A DNA stretch of 50,916 bases from a virus (lineage: Duplodnaviria; Caudoviricetes). Positions 8,832 through 16,378 of this stretch are shown one piece after another (position 1 is the stretch's first letter; each line of letters opens with the position of its first letter). Made by a program: the position numbers and the translations under genes. The DNA is taken from IMG/VR virus record IMGVR_UViG_3300021420_000008, positions 1 through 50,916 of that record; one strand, 5' to 3'. The notes beneath the pieces are model-generated. The model made no database searches, had not been told where the DNA came from, and worked only from the letters and a program-made list of their open reading frames with translations.

Positions 8832-10153
8832 AGATCCTCATCGTCGATCCAGCCTCGGCTGGCCTGAATTTCGCCCTTCGCTGCCAATGGGCGGGGCATG
8901 AGGTTAAGCTCTTCATTCCAAGGCTCTCGGAGGGCGAACTCTGCTTCGATGTGGGCGACGGCCTCGTGCCCAAGGTCCCGGAGTGGCAGCCGCACATGAA
9001 GTGGGCAGACCTGATCCTAGTAACAGGCAACGATAAGTACGTGAATGAGCTGGAGCCCTTCTTCCGCGAGGGATATCCCATTGTAGGTACGAATCGAGAG
9101 AGCGCTCAGCTGGAGCTGGATCGCGGAGTGGGGCAGGAAGCCCTTGAGAGTTGCGGCATCGACACCCTGGACTATGAGGAATTCACCTCCTATGAAAGAG
9201 CAATCGAATTTGTTAAGAAAGAGAAGAAGATCTATGTCTCCAAGCCCTGGGGAGGGGCGATTGACAAATCACTCAGCTACGTTCCCCAGTCCCGCGAAGA
9301 CCTCGTCTGCCGCCTCGAACGATGGAAGCAGGAGGGCCTTCGAGGCAAGTTCATCCTCCAGGAAAAGATCGACGGAACAGAGATGGCTGCGGGTACCTGG
9401 TTCGGGCCTGGAGGCTTTAGCCGCTATATCAACGAGACCTGGGAAGAGAAACGGTTCATGAACGACGGCTATGGGCCGAATACAGGGGAGATGGGCACGG
9501 TGCTGAGGTATACGAAGAAGTCCAAGCTCTTCGAGGAGGTTGTGAGGCCCCTAGAGCCTCGCCTTCAGGAATTGGGCTTCGTCGGCAACGTTGATGTGAG
9601 CTGCATGATCGACCGAAGCGGCCGCCCGTGGCCGATGGAATTCACCATGCGCTTCGGCTGGCCGGCCTTCAATCTCATGATGTCGCTACACCAGGGAGAT
9701 CCCGCAGAGTGGCTCCTTGCTCTGCTGGAGGGTCGCGACGTGCTCGAATGCTCCCGCAGCCTGTGCTGCGGCGTGCTGATGACCTTAGGCGATTACCCCT
9801 GGTGCAATTGGACTCACGATCAATGCTCTGAGTGGCCCATCAGGGGCCTCTCCGCGGAGGTGATGGATCATGTGGCACTCACTTGTGTTAAAATGGGCCG
9901 CGCTCCGACAGAAAGTGGCAGCCGCATCGAGGACAGGGATTGCCTCGTTACGGCTGGTTCTTACGTTCTGGTCGCCTACGGACAAGGAAGAACCGTCGAA
10001 GCTTCCCGACAAGCCGCCTATAAAGTAGCTGATCAGATCTCCTGGCCACCACACATCAACTTGAGGACCGACATTGGCTGTCGGCTGGAGAAGGGCTTGA
10101 AGGAGCTTCATCGCCACGGCTATGCAACGGATGTAGAGTACGATGGGAACTAA
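8828..10153 (+). CDS. PurD (phosphoribosylamine-glycine ligase)-like ATP-grasp enzyme, divergent
   Basis: YVSKP, FILQEKIDGTE, EEKRFMNDGYGPNTGEMG (PurD: D.GPNTGGMG), EFTMRFGWP (PurD: EFNxRFGDP), RTDIG; lacks the N-terminal GSGGREHA motif. Confidence 0.8.
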   Translation: MKILIVDPASAGLNFALRCQWAGHEVKLFIPRLSEGELCFDVGDGLVPKVPEWQPHMKWADLILVTGNDKYVNELEPFFREGYPIVGTNRESAQLELDRGVGQEALESCGIDTLDYEEFTSYERAIEFVKKEKKIYVSKPWGGAIDKSLSYVPQSREDLVCRLERWKQEGLRGKFILQEKIDGTEMAAGTWFGPGGFSRYINETWEEKRFMNDGYGPNTGEMGTVLRYTKKSKLFEEVVRPLEPRLQELGFVGNVDVSCMIDRSGRPWPMEFTMRFGWPAFNLMMSLHQGDPAEWLLALLEGRDVLECSRSLCCGVLMTLGDYPWCNWTHDQCSEWPIRGLSAEVMDHVALTCVKMGRAPTESGSRIEDRDCLVTAGSYVLVAYGQGRTVEASRQAAYKVADQISWPPHINLRTDIGCRLEKGLKELHRHGYATDVEYDGN

Positions 10154-10529
10154 TAATCCGCAAAGCGAAGCCGACTCCCTCATTCTCGGGGACTGGAACG
10201 CTATCTGCTTCCGTTGCGGATCGAAGTTCAAAGCCTCGGCGATGCAGAAGAATTGGCAGGGTTATTACACTTGCCGACGCTGCTGGGAGCCGAGGCAGCC
10301 CCAAGATTTCGCTACCGGCATCAAGGAGATCACCACTCCCCCTTGGACTCAGCCACCTCCGGCCGATTCCTTCGTCGTCTTCTGCGGTCCCAACGATCGT
10401 ACAGCGATTCCCGGTTACGCTATTCCCGGCTGTGTGAGGCCTGGTTTTATCGATGCTGCGTGGATAGGTAACTTCACTCCCCTGGGTGAGATCTATCCCT
10501 ACATCCCCTCTGCTCTCGTGGAGCGCTAG
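10143..10529 (+). CDS. zinc-ribbon-containing phage protein
   Basis: CFRC...CRRC pairs in a GDWNAICxRC..CWEPRQPQDF context. Confidence 0.6.
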   Translation: MGTNNPQSEADSLILGDWNAICFRCGSKFKASAMQKNWQGYYTCRRCWEPRQPQDFATGIKEITTPPWTQPPPADSFVVFCGPNDRTAIPGYAIPGCVRPGFIDAAWIGNFTPLGEIYPYIPSALVER

Positions 10530-12377
10530 ATGACTAGTAATGACACCACCTTCGTCCAAAATCAGTTACCTGTCATCAACGCTGCTTGGCTTAATGATGT
10601 AGGCGCCGCCGTCTGGGGCGGAATCGGTGCGGGGAGAGGCGGGGCACCGCCTACGACTCCAGCGCAGGTTAAGGCTAATCTCGCCATCACTGCAGGCGAT
10701 GCTGCATTCGTCCCGCAGGGACCGAGCGCTGTTGCAACCACAGTGAATGGTGCGCTGATTCAGGTCGTGAGTGCCTTTAACGACTTATCGGCTGCACAGC
10801 AAGCTGACGTCATGGCCGGTACTCTGTTGCTAGACTGCTCCGCGGGGCTTCAGAGCAAATTCAACTGGGCTTCCACCAACGCCGGGGCGGTGTATGTGCC
10901 GCCCTATGCTTATCGATGTGCCTCAGGGATCTCCGTTCTCGGCCAGGCTTCGGTGTACTCAACTGGCTTTCAGCCGACCAATCCACCAAGCGGCTGCCGG
11001 TTCGTATTCGACCTTGCTGTCGCAACCTGCGTCACGATGGGTGGAGCTACATCAACTGATCAATCCTGCTCCCTTAAGGGAGTGAGCATCCTCCGTGCTG
11101 CGGGAGCTATCCCGGCCGGCTCGATCGGGCTGATGGTGCAGAACGTTTATGCAACTACGGTTGAGGACGTCGCCGTGATGCGTCACTCGATCGCAATTAA
11201 CTTCAAGATGAATGCGACGGGGACAGCAGGCATCAGCTGCATGATCGATCGCTTGTGGACCGGAGCAATTTCAGATTGTCATGCTGTGTTCGATTCATGG
11301 CCGGAGGCACGCTTCAACCAGTGCCGCTTCGGGATGAACGGAGCCGGCGACCTCGCGGGGAATGAGTATATTCGGATCCAGGGTGGTACCTCGAACGCCG
11401 CTGGAGGCCCTGATACGCTCACCTGGGTCAATTGCCAGTTCAACCAGGGCGCCAATTCGATGACGAACTGGATGAGCTTCAAGAACTTCCTTGTGGGAAG
11501 CTCGTCGGTTGGAGGACTCTATTCGTTCGACACCTGCTACATCGAGGACAATGTTCACGGAATCTTCTCTGACGCTACGTGGGTCACTAGTAACGGAGCG
11601 TTTGCTGGGATTCTGCAATTCATGTTCGTGAACTGCGTGTTCAATCCGAATACCAACACGTTCCAGTTCTTGAACTTGAACGCCGGTACGCAGATCAACA
11701 ACATGACGATCGCAGACAGTCAGATCAAGTGCGCGTTCACCTACGCTGGAACAGCACAGATCAACACGCTGACTGTCACCAACACTCAATTCCTGGGCGC
11801 CGTGAATCTAGCCGGCATCAGCAATTCGGTGGCGGTGTTAGGAGATAACACCTACGGTAATGGTCTAACGCTGTCTGGGTCGTGGGGTGGCTGCCTCAGT
11901 GTGATTGGTGGAGGCATTACCAGCGGCGTGCTGAGTAACACTGCTACCGGGACGGTGAAGATCGATGTTGCGCCCTACAACTCGCTCCTGGCCTACACTC
12001 CCACCCTCGCCTTCGGTGGAGTTTTCCTCCCCTCAGGCCAGTACACCACCAAGGTAGGCGCGTATCAGGTTCTGGGCAACAGGGTAACTGGCCAGGGAAT
12101 GATCACCCTCAATAGCATTGCTGGTGCAGCAGGTGCCGCAACGCTCGAGGGCCTCCCATTCGCGCCTAATGGTGCTCCCTATGGCGGAGGTGGCGGCGGG
12201 ATGATTAACTTCGCCACGAACATGATTGCGCTAAGCGCCGCTCCGATGATGCTCTCAATCGCAGCGGGGACACAGTTCAACATCTACCAAATGTCAACCA
12301 CGGGGCTAACCGCAGTCACCGCTGGTAACTTCTCCGCCACCAGCACAATTCACTTCACTTTCGAATACTTCATGTGA
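10530..12377 (+). CDS. tailspike / beta-helix receptor-binding protein
   Basis: N-terminal AAWLND head-binding-like motif; GAVYVPPYAYRC pectate-lyase-3-like start; Asn/Gly/Thr-rich beta-helix repeats. Confidence 0.75.
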   Translation: MTSNDTTFVQNQLPVINAAWLNDVGAAVWGGIGAGRGGAPPTTPAQVKANLAITAGDAAFVPQGPSAVATTVNGALIQVVSAFNDLSAAQQADVMAGTLLLDCSAGLQSKFNWASTNAGAVYVPPYAYRCASGISVLGQASVYSTGFQPTNPPSGCRFVFDLAVATCVTMGGATSTDQSCSLKGVSILRAAGAIPAGSIGLMVQNVYATTVEDVAVMRHSIAINFKMNATGTAGISCMIDRLWTGAISDCHAVFDSWPEARFNQCRFGMNGAGDLAGNEYIRIQGGTSNAAGGPDTLTWVNCQFNQGANSMTNWMSFKNFLVGSSSVGGLYSFDTCYIEDNVHGIFSDATWVTSNGAFAGILQFMFVNCVFNPNTNTFQFLNLNAGTQINNMTIADSQIKCAFTYAGTAQINTLTVTNTQFLGAVNLAGISNSVAVLGDNTYGNGLTLSGSWGGCLSVIGGGITSGVLSNTATGTVKIDVAPYNSLLAYTPTLAFGGVFLPSGQYTTKVGAYQVLGNRVTGQGMITLNSIAGAAGAATLEGLPFAPNGAPYGGGGGGMINFATNMIALSAAPMMLSIAAGTQFNIYQMSTTGLTAVTAGNFSATSTIHFTFEYFM

Positions 12378-12386
12378 GGGCCAAAG

Positions 12387-12587
12387 ATGAAGGGCCAATT
12401 CAAGAACGCTCCCGGCAGCAATCACGAGCCTCCCGCTCATCTCGATCTCTATTGGCACCCTCCGCGCAGCAAGATCTCGATCAAGGTTGGAGAGCTGCAT
12501 GATGGGATTGCAGAGATCTATGAGGGAATGCCTCAGGCTGCCATCGATGCCTTTATCGTGAAGGGGACCGAGATTGCGGATAGCTAA
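12387..12587 (+). CDS. hypothetical protein
   Basis: ORF with GAGG RBS between the tailspike and lysis genes. Confidence 0.45.
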   Translation: MKGQFKNAPGSNHEPPAHLDLYWHPPRSKISIKVGELHDGIAEIYEGMPQAAIDAFIVKGTEIADS

Positions 12588-12789
12588 GACTACGATTGAG
12601 AATGCGAAGCAAAAATACTTGGCTCGCCCCGTCTATCGGACGATCTCCAAGACAAAACCGATGGCCCTCGCTGTCGCCTTCGCCGTGCACGCTCCGGCGC
12701 CGAAAGCAGCAGTGGAGATCGATCACTACGAGCGACATCGCATCCAGTGGATGAAGCGCGATCGCAACGGAGAGATAGTGCCAAGATGA
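12574..12789 (+). CDS. hypothetical basic protein
   Basis: Overlaps both neighbours as in an operon; its stop overlaps the next start (ATGA). Confidence 0.4.
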   Translation: MRIAKTTIENAKQKYLARPVYRTISKTKPMALAVAFAVHAPAPKAAVEIDHYERHRIQWMKRDRNGEIVPR

Positions 12790-13088
12790 CTGTCAGCGAT
12801 TGGGCTCAGGTCATCGGAGTCATCGTTGCAATCGCTGGCCTGATCGGTGGCGTGGTAGGGTGGATGCTGCGGCAACTGTGGGGCGCGGTGAAGGAGCTAA
12901 CGAGTGATGTATCGAAGCTGCAGCAATCCCTCCCCGGAGTCTATGTGAGGAAGGATGAGATGCAGAAGATGGAGGATAGAATTGCTACCGAAATCCGTGG
13001 AGTAGGTCATACTCTTGAGCGGCATATGGAGAATTCTACTCGGCTATGGGTTAATAGCCGGATGAACCCGATGGATCCGGAGAGCTGA
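12786..13088 (+). CDS. putative holin/antiholin (one N-terminal TM helix plus coiled coil)
   Basis: VIGVIVAIAGLIGGVVGWML hydrophobic helix; first gene of the lysis cassette. Confidence 0.55.
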   Translation: MTVSDWAQVIGVIVAIAGLIGGVVGWMLRQLWGAVKELTSDVSKLQQSLPGVYVRKDEMQKMEDRIATEIRGVGHTLERHMENSTRLWVNSRMNPMDPES

Positions 13089-13855
13089 TGAGCCATCGTC
13101 CAGTACGTCATCAGGGCAAAGCGAATGCCCCCTTCCACGAGCTGGAAGACGGTACCTGCATTAGCCTAGATAATGTAGAGAGCAGCCGCAGTATTCGCCA
13201 TCACATGCAACATTGGATGCGCTGCGTTTACACCATCATTTCACCCAGCGGATTTCACACGATGTACAGTTTCCGCATGGAGGAATCGGTTTATCAAGAT
13301 TTTTCAAATCGACGCGATAACCCGGGGCTTCTTAGATATCTTCGCGACAATCTTTCCGGCTCACGCTTCTTAAAAGAATGGGTGGTTTCTATGACTCCAC
13401 AAGAATTCATCGACGCGATCTATCCGGCGGCTCAGCAATCAGCAAAGAAGACCGGAATTCCGGCCTCGTTCACTGTCGCGGAGGCGGCACTGGAGTCGGG
13501 GTGGGGCTCCTCGAAGCTGGCGCAGGAAGGGTTCAACCTCTTTGGGGTGAAGGCCGATCCGTCGTGGGAGGGAGCCGTCCTGTACATGAACACCAGGGAG
13601 TTTCTGAACGGCCACTGGATCATGCTCACCGCGAGCTGGCGCAAGTACGTTGATTGGCTGGGGGCGATAGCAGACCATGCAGACTTCCTGTTGAGCAATC
13701 CACGCTACGCTCCAGCGTTTGCAACGACCAACGGCATCGACTTTGCGAGTGCTGTTGCACAAGCAGGTTATGCGACGGATCCAGAATACGCGAGGAAGAT
13801 AACGCTGATTATACAAGAGCATAACTTAGAACAACTTGGTGGAGGCTCGGTATGA
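13088..13855 (+). CDS. endolysin, GH73 glucosaminidase/FlgJ-like (catalytic domain from ATG 13391)
   Basis: AEAALESGWG, NLFGVKA and GYATDPEYA motifs. Confidence 0.9.
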   Translation: MSHRPVRHQGKANAPFHELEDGTCISLDNVESSRSIRHHMQHWMRCVYTIISPSGFHTMYSFRMEESVYQDFSNRRDNPGLLRYLRDNLSGSRFLKEWVVSMTPQEFIDAIYPAAQQSAKKTGIPASFTVAEAALESGWGSSKLAQEGFNLFGVKADPSWEGAVLYMNTREFLNGHWIMLTASWRKYVDWLGAIADHADFLLSNPRYAPAFATTNGIDFASAVAQAGYATDPEYARKITLIIQEHNLEQLGGGSV

Positions 13856-14118
13856 GTGCTTGGATGGCGAAGGCGTGGTTGCACCTACGGGGCGCGGTGC
13901 GGTCGTGGACAATCTGGTTCAACGGAGTGATAGCAGCGGGGCTTGCTCTTTTGCCTTCGTTGCAGGATTGGTTCCCCTCCCTCCAGGGCTACGTCCCGGC
14001 GAAAGCTTATCAATATGCTACCGTGGTGATTCTGGTAGGGAATTTCGCCCTGCGCTTTAAAACTAACAAGTCCCTCGCGGAGAAGGTTCTTCAACCCGTT
14101 CCCCCGGCGGCTCCGTGA
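13852..14118 (+). CDS. putative holin (two TM helices)
   Basis: Two hydrophobic segments and a basic C-terminus; between endolysin and spanins. Confidence 0.65.
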   Translation: MSAWMAKAWLHLRGAVRSWTIWFNGVIAAGLALLPSLQDWFPSLQGYVPAKAYQYATVVILVGNFALRFKTNKSLAEKVLQPVPPAAP

Positions 14119-14645
14119 CTCCGCTCATAGAAGCAGGCCTTGCCCTGCTGTTGGTCGCGATCTACAGCATCGCCTGTATGTTCGGGGGCTATGAGTTTGC
14201 GCAATCGAGGGCGGCGAAGCAGCAGGCAACTCTGGAGGCGAAGGCCACGACCAACACTCAAACGCTGGCTACCGCTAACGCTGTCGCCGCTGCTCCGATC
14301 ATCAAGTACATCGATCGTGTGCAAACTGTGACTCGCACCATTACCAAGGAGATCCCCCTTGTTCAAACGATCACATTACCTTCTCTCTGTCCTGAGCATC
14401 CTGCTGTGGTTTGTCCTGCTGCTATCACCGCTGCTGACCGCTTGCTCATCGATTCCGCCGCTCGTGGCATCGATCCCTCCGCCGGACCCAGTGCTGATGG
14501 CTCCCCCTATCCCGCTGGATCTCTTACCGCCAGCGTCGTTGCCAACTACGGCCGGTGCAATAGCTACATCGCCCAGCTCAAAGGACTCCAAGACTACGTC
14601 CACAGAGCACTAGAGGGACAGAAGCTGCTGTGCCCCAAGCCCTAG
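14115..14645 (+). CDS. i-spanin (Rz-like)
   Basis: N-terminal TM helix and periplasmic helical domain; contains a nested lipoprotein gene. Confidence 0.75.
   Translation: MTPLIEAGLALLLVAIYSIACMFGGYEFAQSRAAKQQATLEAKATTNTQTLATANAVAAAPIIKYIDRVQTVTRTITKEIPLVQTITLPSLCPEHPAVVCPAAITAADRLLIDSAARGIDPSAGPSADGSPYPAGSLTASVVANYGRCNSYIAQLKGLQDYVHRALEGQKLLCPKP
14359..14613 (+). CDS. o-spanin (Rz1-like lipoprotein) nested in Rz
   Basis: Signal peptide with lipobox LTAC, Pro-rich mature part, alternative frame inside Rz. Confidence 0.8.
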   Translation: MFKRSHYLLSVLSILLWFVLLLSPLLTACSSIPPLVASIPPPDPVLMAPPIPLDLLPPASLPTTAGAIATSPSSKDSKTTSTEH

Positions 14646-14758
14646 CGATGGCCGTTGAACTGGCCGCACCTGAAGCACCTCGTGCGCACCAGGAAGTTGC
14701 GGAACTTGCATTTCTTGCACACCCACGTCGGTGGGGGCTTCCGCAGTGGGCTAGTCAC
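14642..14758 (-). CDS. 38-aa RanBP2-type zinc-finger protein (not in ORF track)
   Basis: Translates MTSPLRKPPPTWVCKKCKFRNFLVRTRCFRCGQFNGHR, matching W-x-C-x2-C-x3-N-x6-C-x2-C; GTG start overlaps the end of the upstream ORF. Confidence 0.7.
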   Translation of the reverse strand: MTSPLRKPPPTWVCKKCKFRNFLVRTRCFRCGQFNGHR

Positions 14759-14920
14759 TGGATTGCTGGGCCGTTAGCTTGCTGCTTTCCTTCCTTGCCC
14801 TCTCGTACATCACTCCCTCGATGAACCACTTAAAGGCCTCGGGCCTCTCCGCGTGGTAGGTGATGACATAGGCCTGCTGCCGGGCCTCACGCAGGCGGCA
14901 GAGCTCATCGAAGGCTTCCG

Positions 14921-15157
14921 CTAGTCCTCGGTCAATAGTCCTCGGGCCTTCAAGCAACGGGTCGCGTTCTTGCATCGGTATTCTCCTCTCCGGAAAAGGG
15001 CCTTGTGAGTCTTGATTGTCGTGCGGCTGAGGCCGAGTCGCTGGCCGATCAGAGTGGGGCTGGTATGAAGGGAGAGGAAGGCGAAGACGCAGCAGTAGTG
15101 GAGGCCTTCTTCGCACACGAGACGCTCGAACAATGATGAACACGTTTTGCCGCTCAT
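14921..15157 (-). CDS. small HTH protein with Cys motifs
   Basis: SPTLIGQRLGLSRTTIKTH helix-turn-helix-like segment; C-terminal CxxxxxC. Confidence 0.5.
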   Translation of the reverse strand: MSGKTCSSLFERLVCEEGLHYCCVFAFLSLHTSPTLIGQRLGLSRTTIKTHKALFRRGEYRCKNATRCLKARGLLTED

Positions 15158-15163
15158 GCCGGT

Positions 15164-16378
15164 TCACGTTTTCTGCGTAGGCTCCGGATCCACTCCAACA
15201 TAGCGCAGTAGCCTCCCCTGCCCATTTATCTCCATCCGGACCTTCCCCAGCTGCAGCACTCCCATCAGGATCTGCTCGAACTCGTGGAAATTCGGGAACT
15301 GGTGGTGGATTTCATGATAGGCCTCTTCGTAAGTGCAGGTCCGATGTCGCTTCACGAATTCGACCAAGCGATCTGCTCCCATTGCGGCCTCATTCTTGCC
15401 AATCAGGGCAAAGACCTTCTCGAAGTCCGGCTCCACGCTGATCAGCATGCCATTGGCGTCCTCGAAGTCCTCAATCTCCAGCTGCATTGAGTCCCGTCGG
15501 GAGGCGGCCAGAATCATCGCGAGCTTACACAAGTGAGTTTGCTTCCTCGCCAGATAGTTCCGCATGATCGGTGAGCTGCACTCCGGGTACACCTTCTGCC
15601 ACAGATCCTCATACCAGATCTTCTCCCACTCTCTCGCTTCTGGCGTCTCCGTGAAGGGCCCCACGAGGTTGAGGCTGATATGCTCCAGATCACTGACGAG
15701 TGCCCTCCGCACCATCTCAAAGTCCTCCGCCGCGACCTCCTGGCTCGGATCATAGATCAGCCTCGCCTTCTCTTCTCGGTACACAAATATACAGCGTGAG
15801 GTAAAACCGCCCCCAACGGCAAGCCGCGGCATATTCTCTGCTATTGCGGGAGGAGTAGTGCAGCCCAGAAGGGTTATCCAGGGCGCTTCGACGATGTCCT
15901 TCCCATTCATCTTCGTGCTCTTGTCGAACCGTCTGCGACCATCCCACAAAGTGATGAAGAGGTTCACCATATCCCTGTCCTGCATGTTCAACAATAGCCC
16001 CAACTCGCTTGACACTAAGGTGATTGCCGACATCGGGTAGTGTTCGTCCTGATAGAGGAAGCTTTCGCAGCTCCCCGCAAAAGCTGTAACGAGCGACTGC
16101 CAGGTGATCGAATCTGGACCGAAATTGATTCCAGGCACTTCCCGCAACATGTCCAGCGCCAAATCGGCCGTAGAAGACTTGGTCACCACTCCCGGCGGAG
16201 CCACTAATATCACATAGAAAGACGGATACCATTTGAAGGTTCTTCGGTCGATCCAGACCTTTCGCCGCAGGGCTCCGCTGAGGGCGCATACCGCACTCCA
16301 AAAGTGCATAATGCCAGGGGCCTCAGTCACGGAGGCCCACTCGACATAGGTCTTCAACCAGTCCTCTAATTGTCTCAC
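15164..16378 (-). CDS. DUF3987-like P-loop ATPase (putative replicative helicase)
   Basis: Deviant Walker A APPGVVTKSS; LVSSELG; LWDG; GGGFTSR arginine-finger-like motif; coupled to the polymerase gene. Confidence 0.6.
   Translation of the reverse strand: MRQLEDWLKTYVEWASVTEAPGIMHFWSAVCALSGALRRKVWIDRRTFKWYPSFYVILVAPPGVVTKSSTADLALDMLREVPGINFGPDSITWQSLVTAFAGSCESFLYQDEHYPMSAITLVSSELGLLLNMQDRDMVNLFITLWDGRRRFDKSTKMNGKDIVEAPWITLLGCTTPPAIAENMPRLAVGGGFTSRCIFVYREEKARLIYDPSQEVAAEDFEMVRRALVSDLEHISLNLVGPFTETPEAREWEKIWYEDLWQKVYPECSSPIMRNYLARKQTHLCKLAMILAASRRDSMQLEIEDFEDANGMLISVEPDFEKVFALIGKNEAAMGADRLVEFVKRHRTCTYEEAYHEIHHQFPNFHEFEQILMGVLQLGKVRMEINGQGRLLRYVGVDPEPTQKT

Noticed and set aside
8828-10153. Assigning purD as a purine auxiliary metabolic gene
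   Set aside because: Substrate-binding motifs are missing or altered and the context is structural
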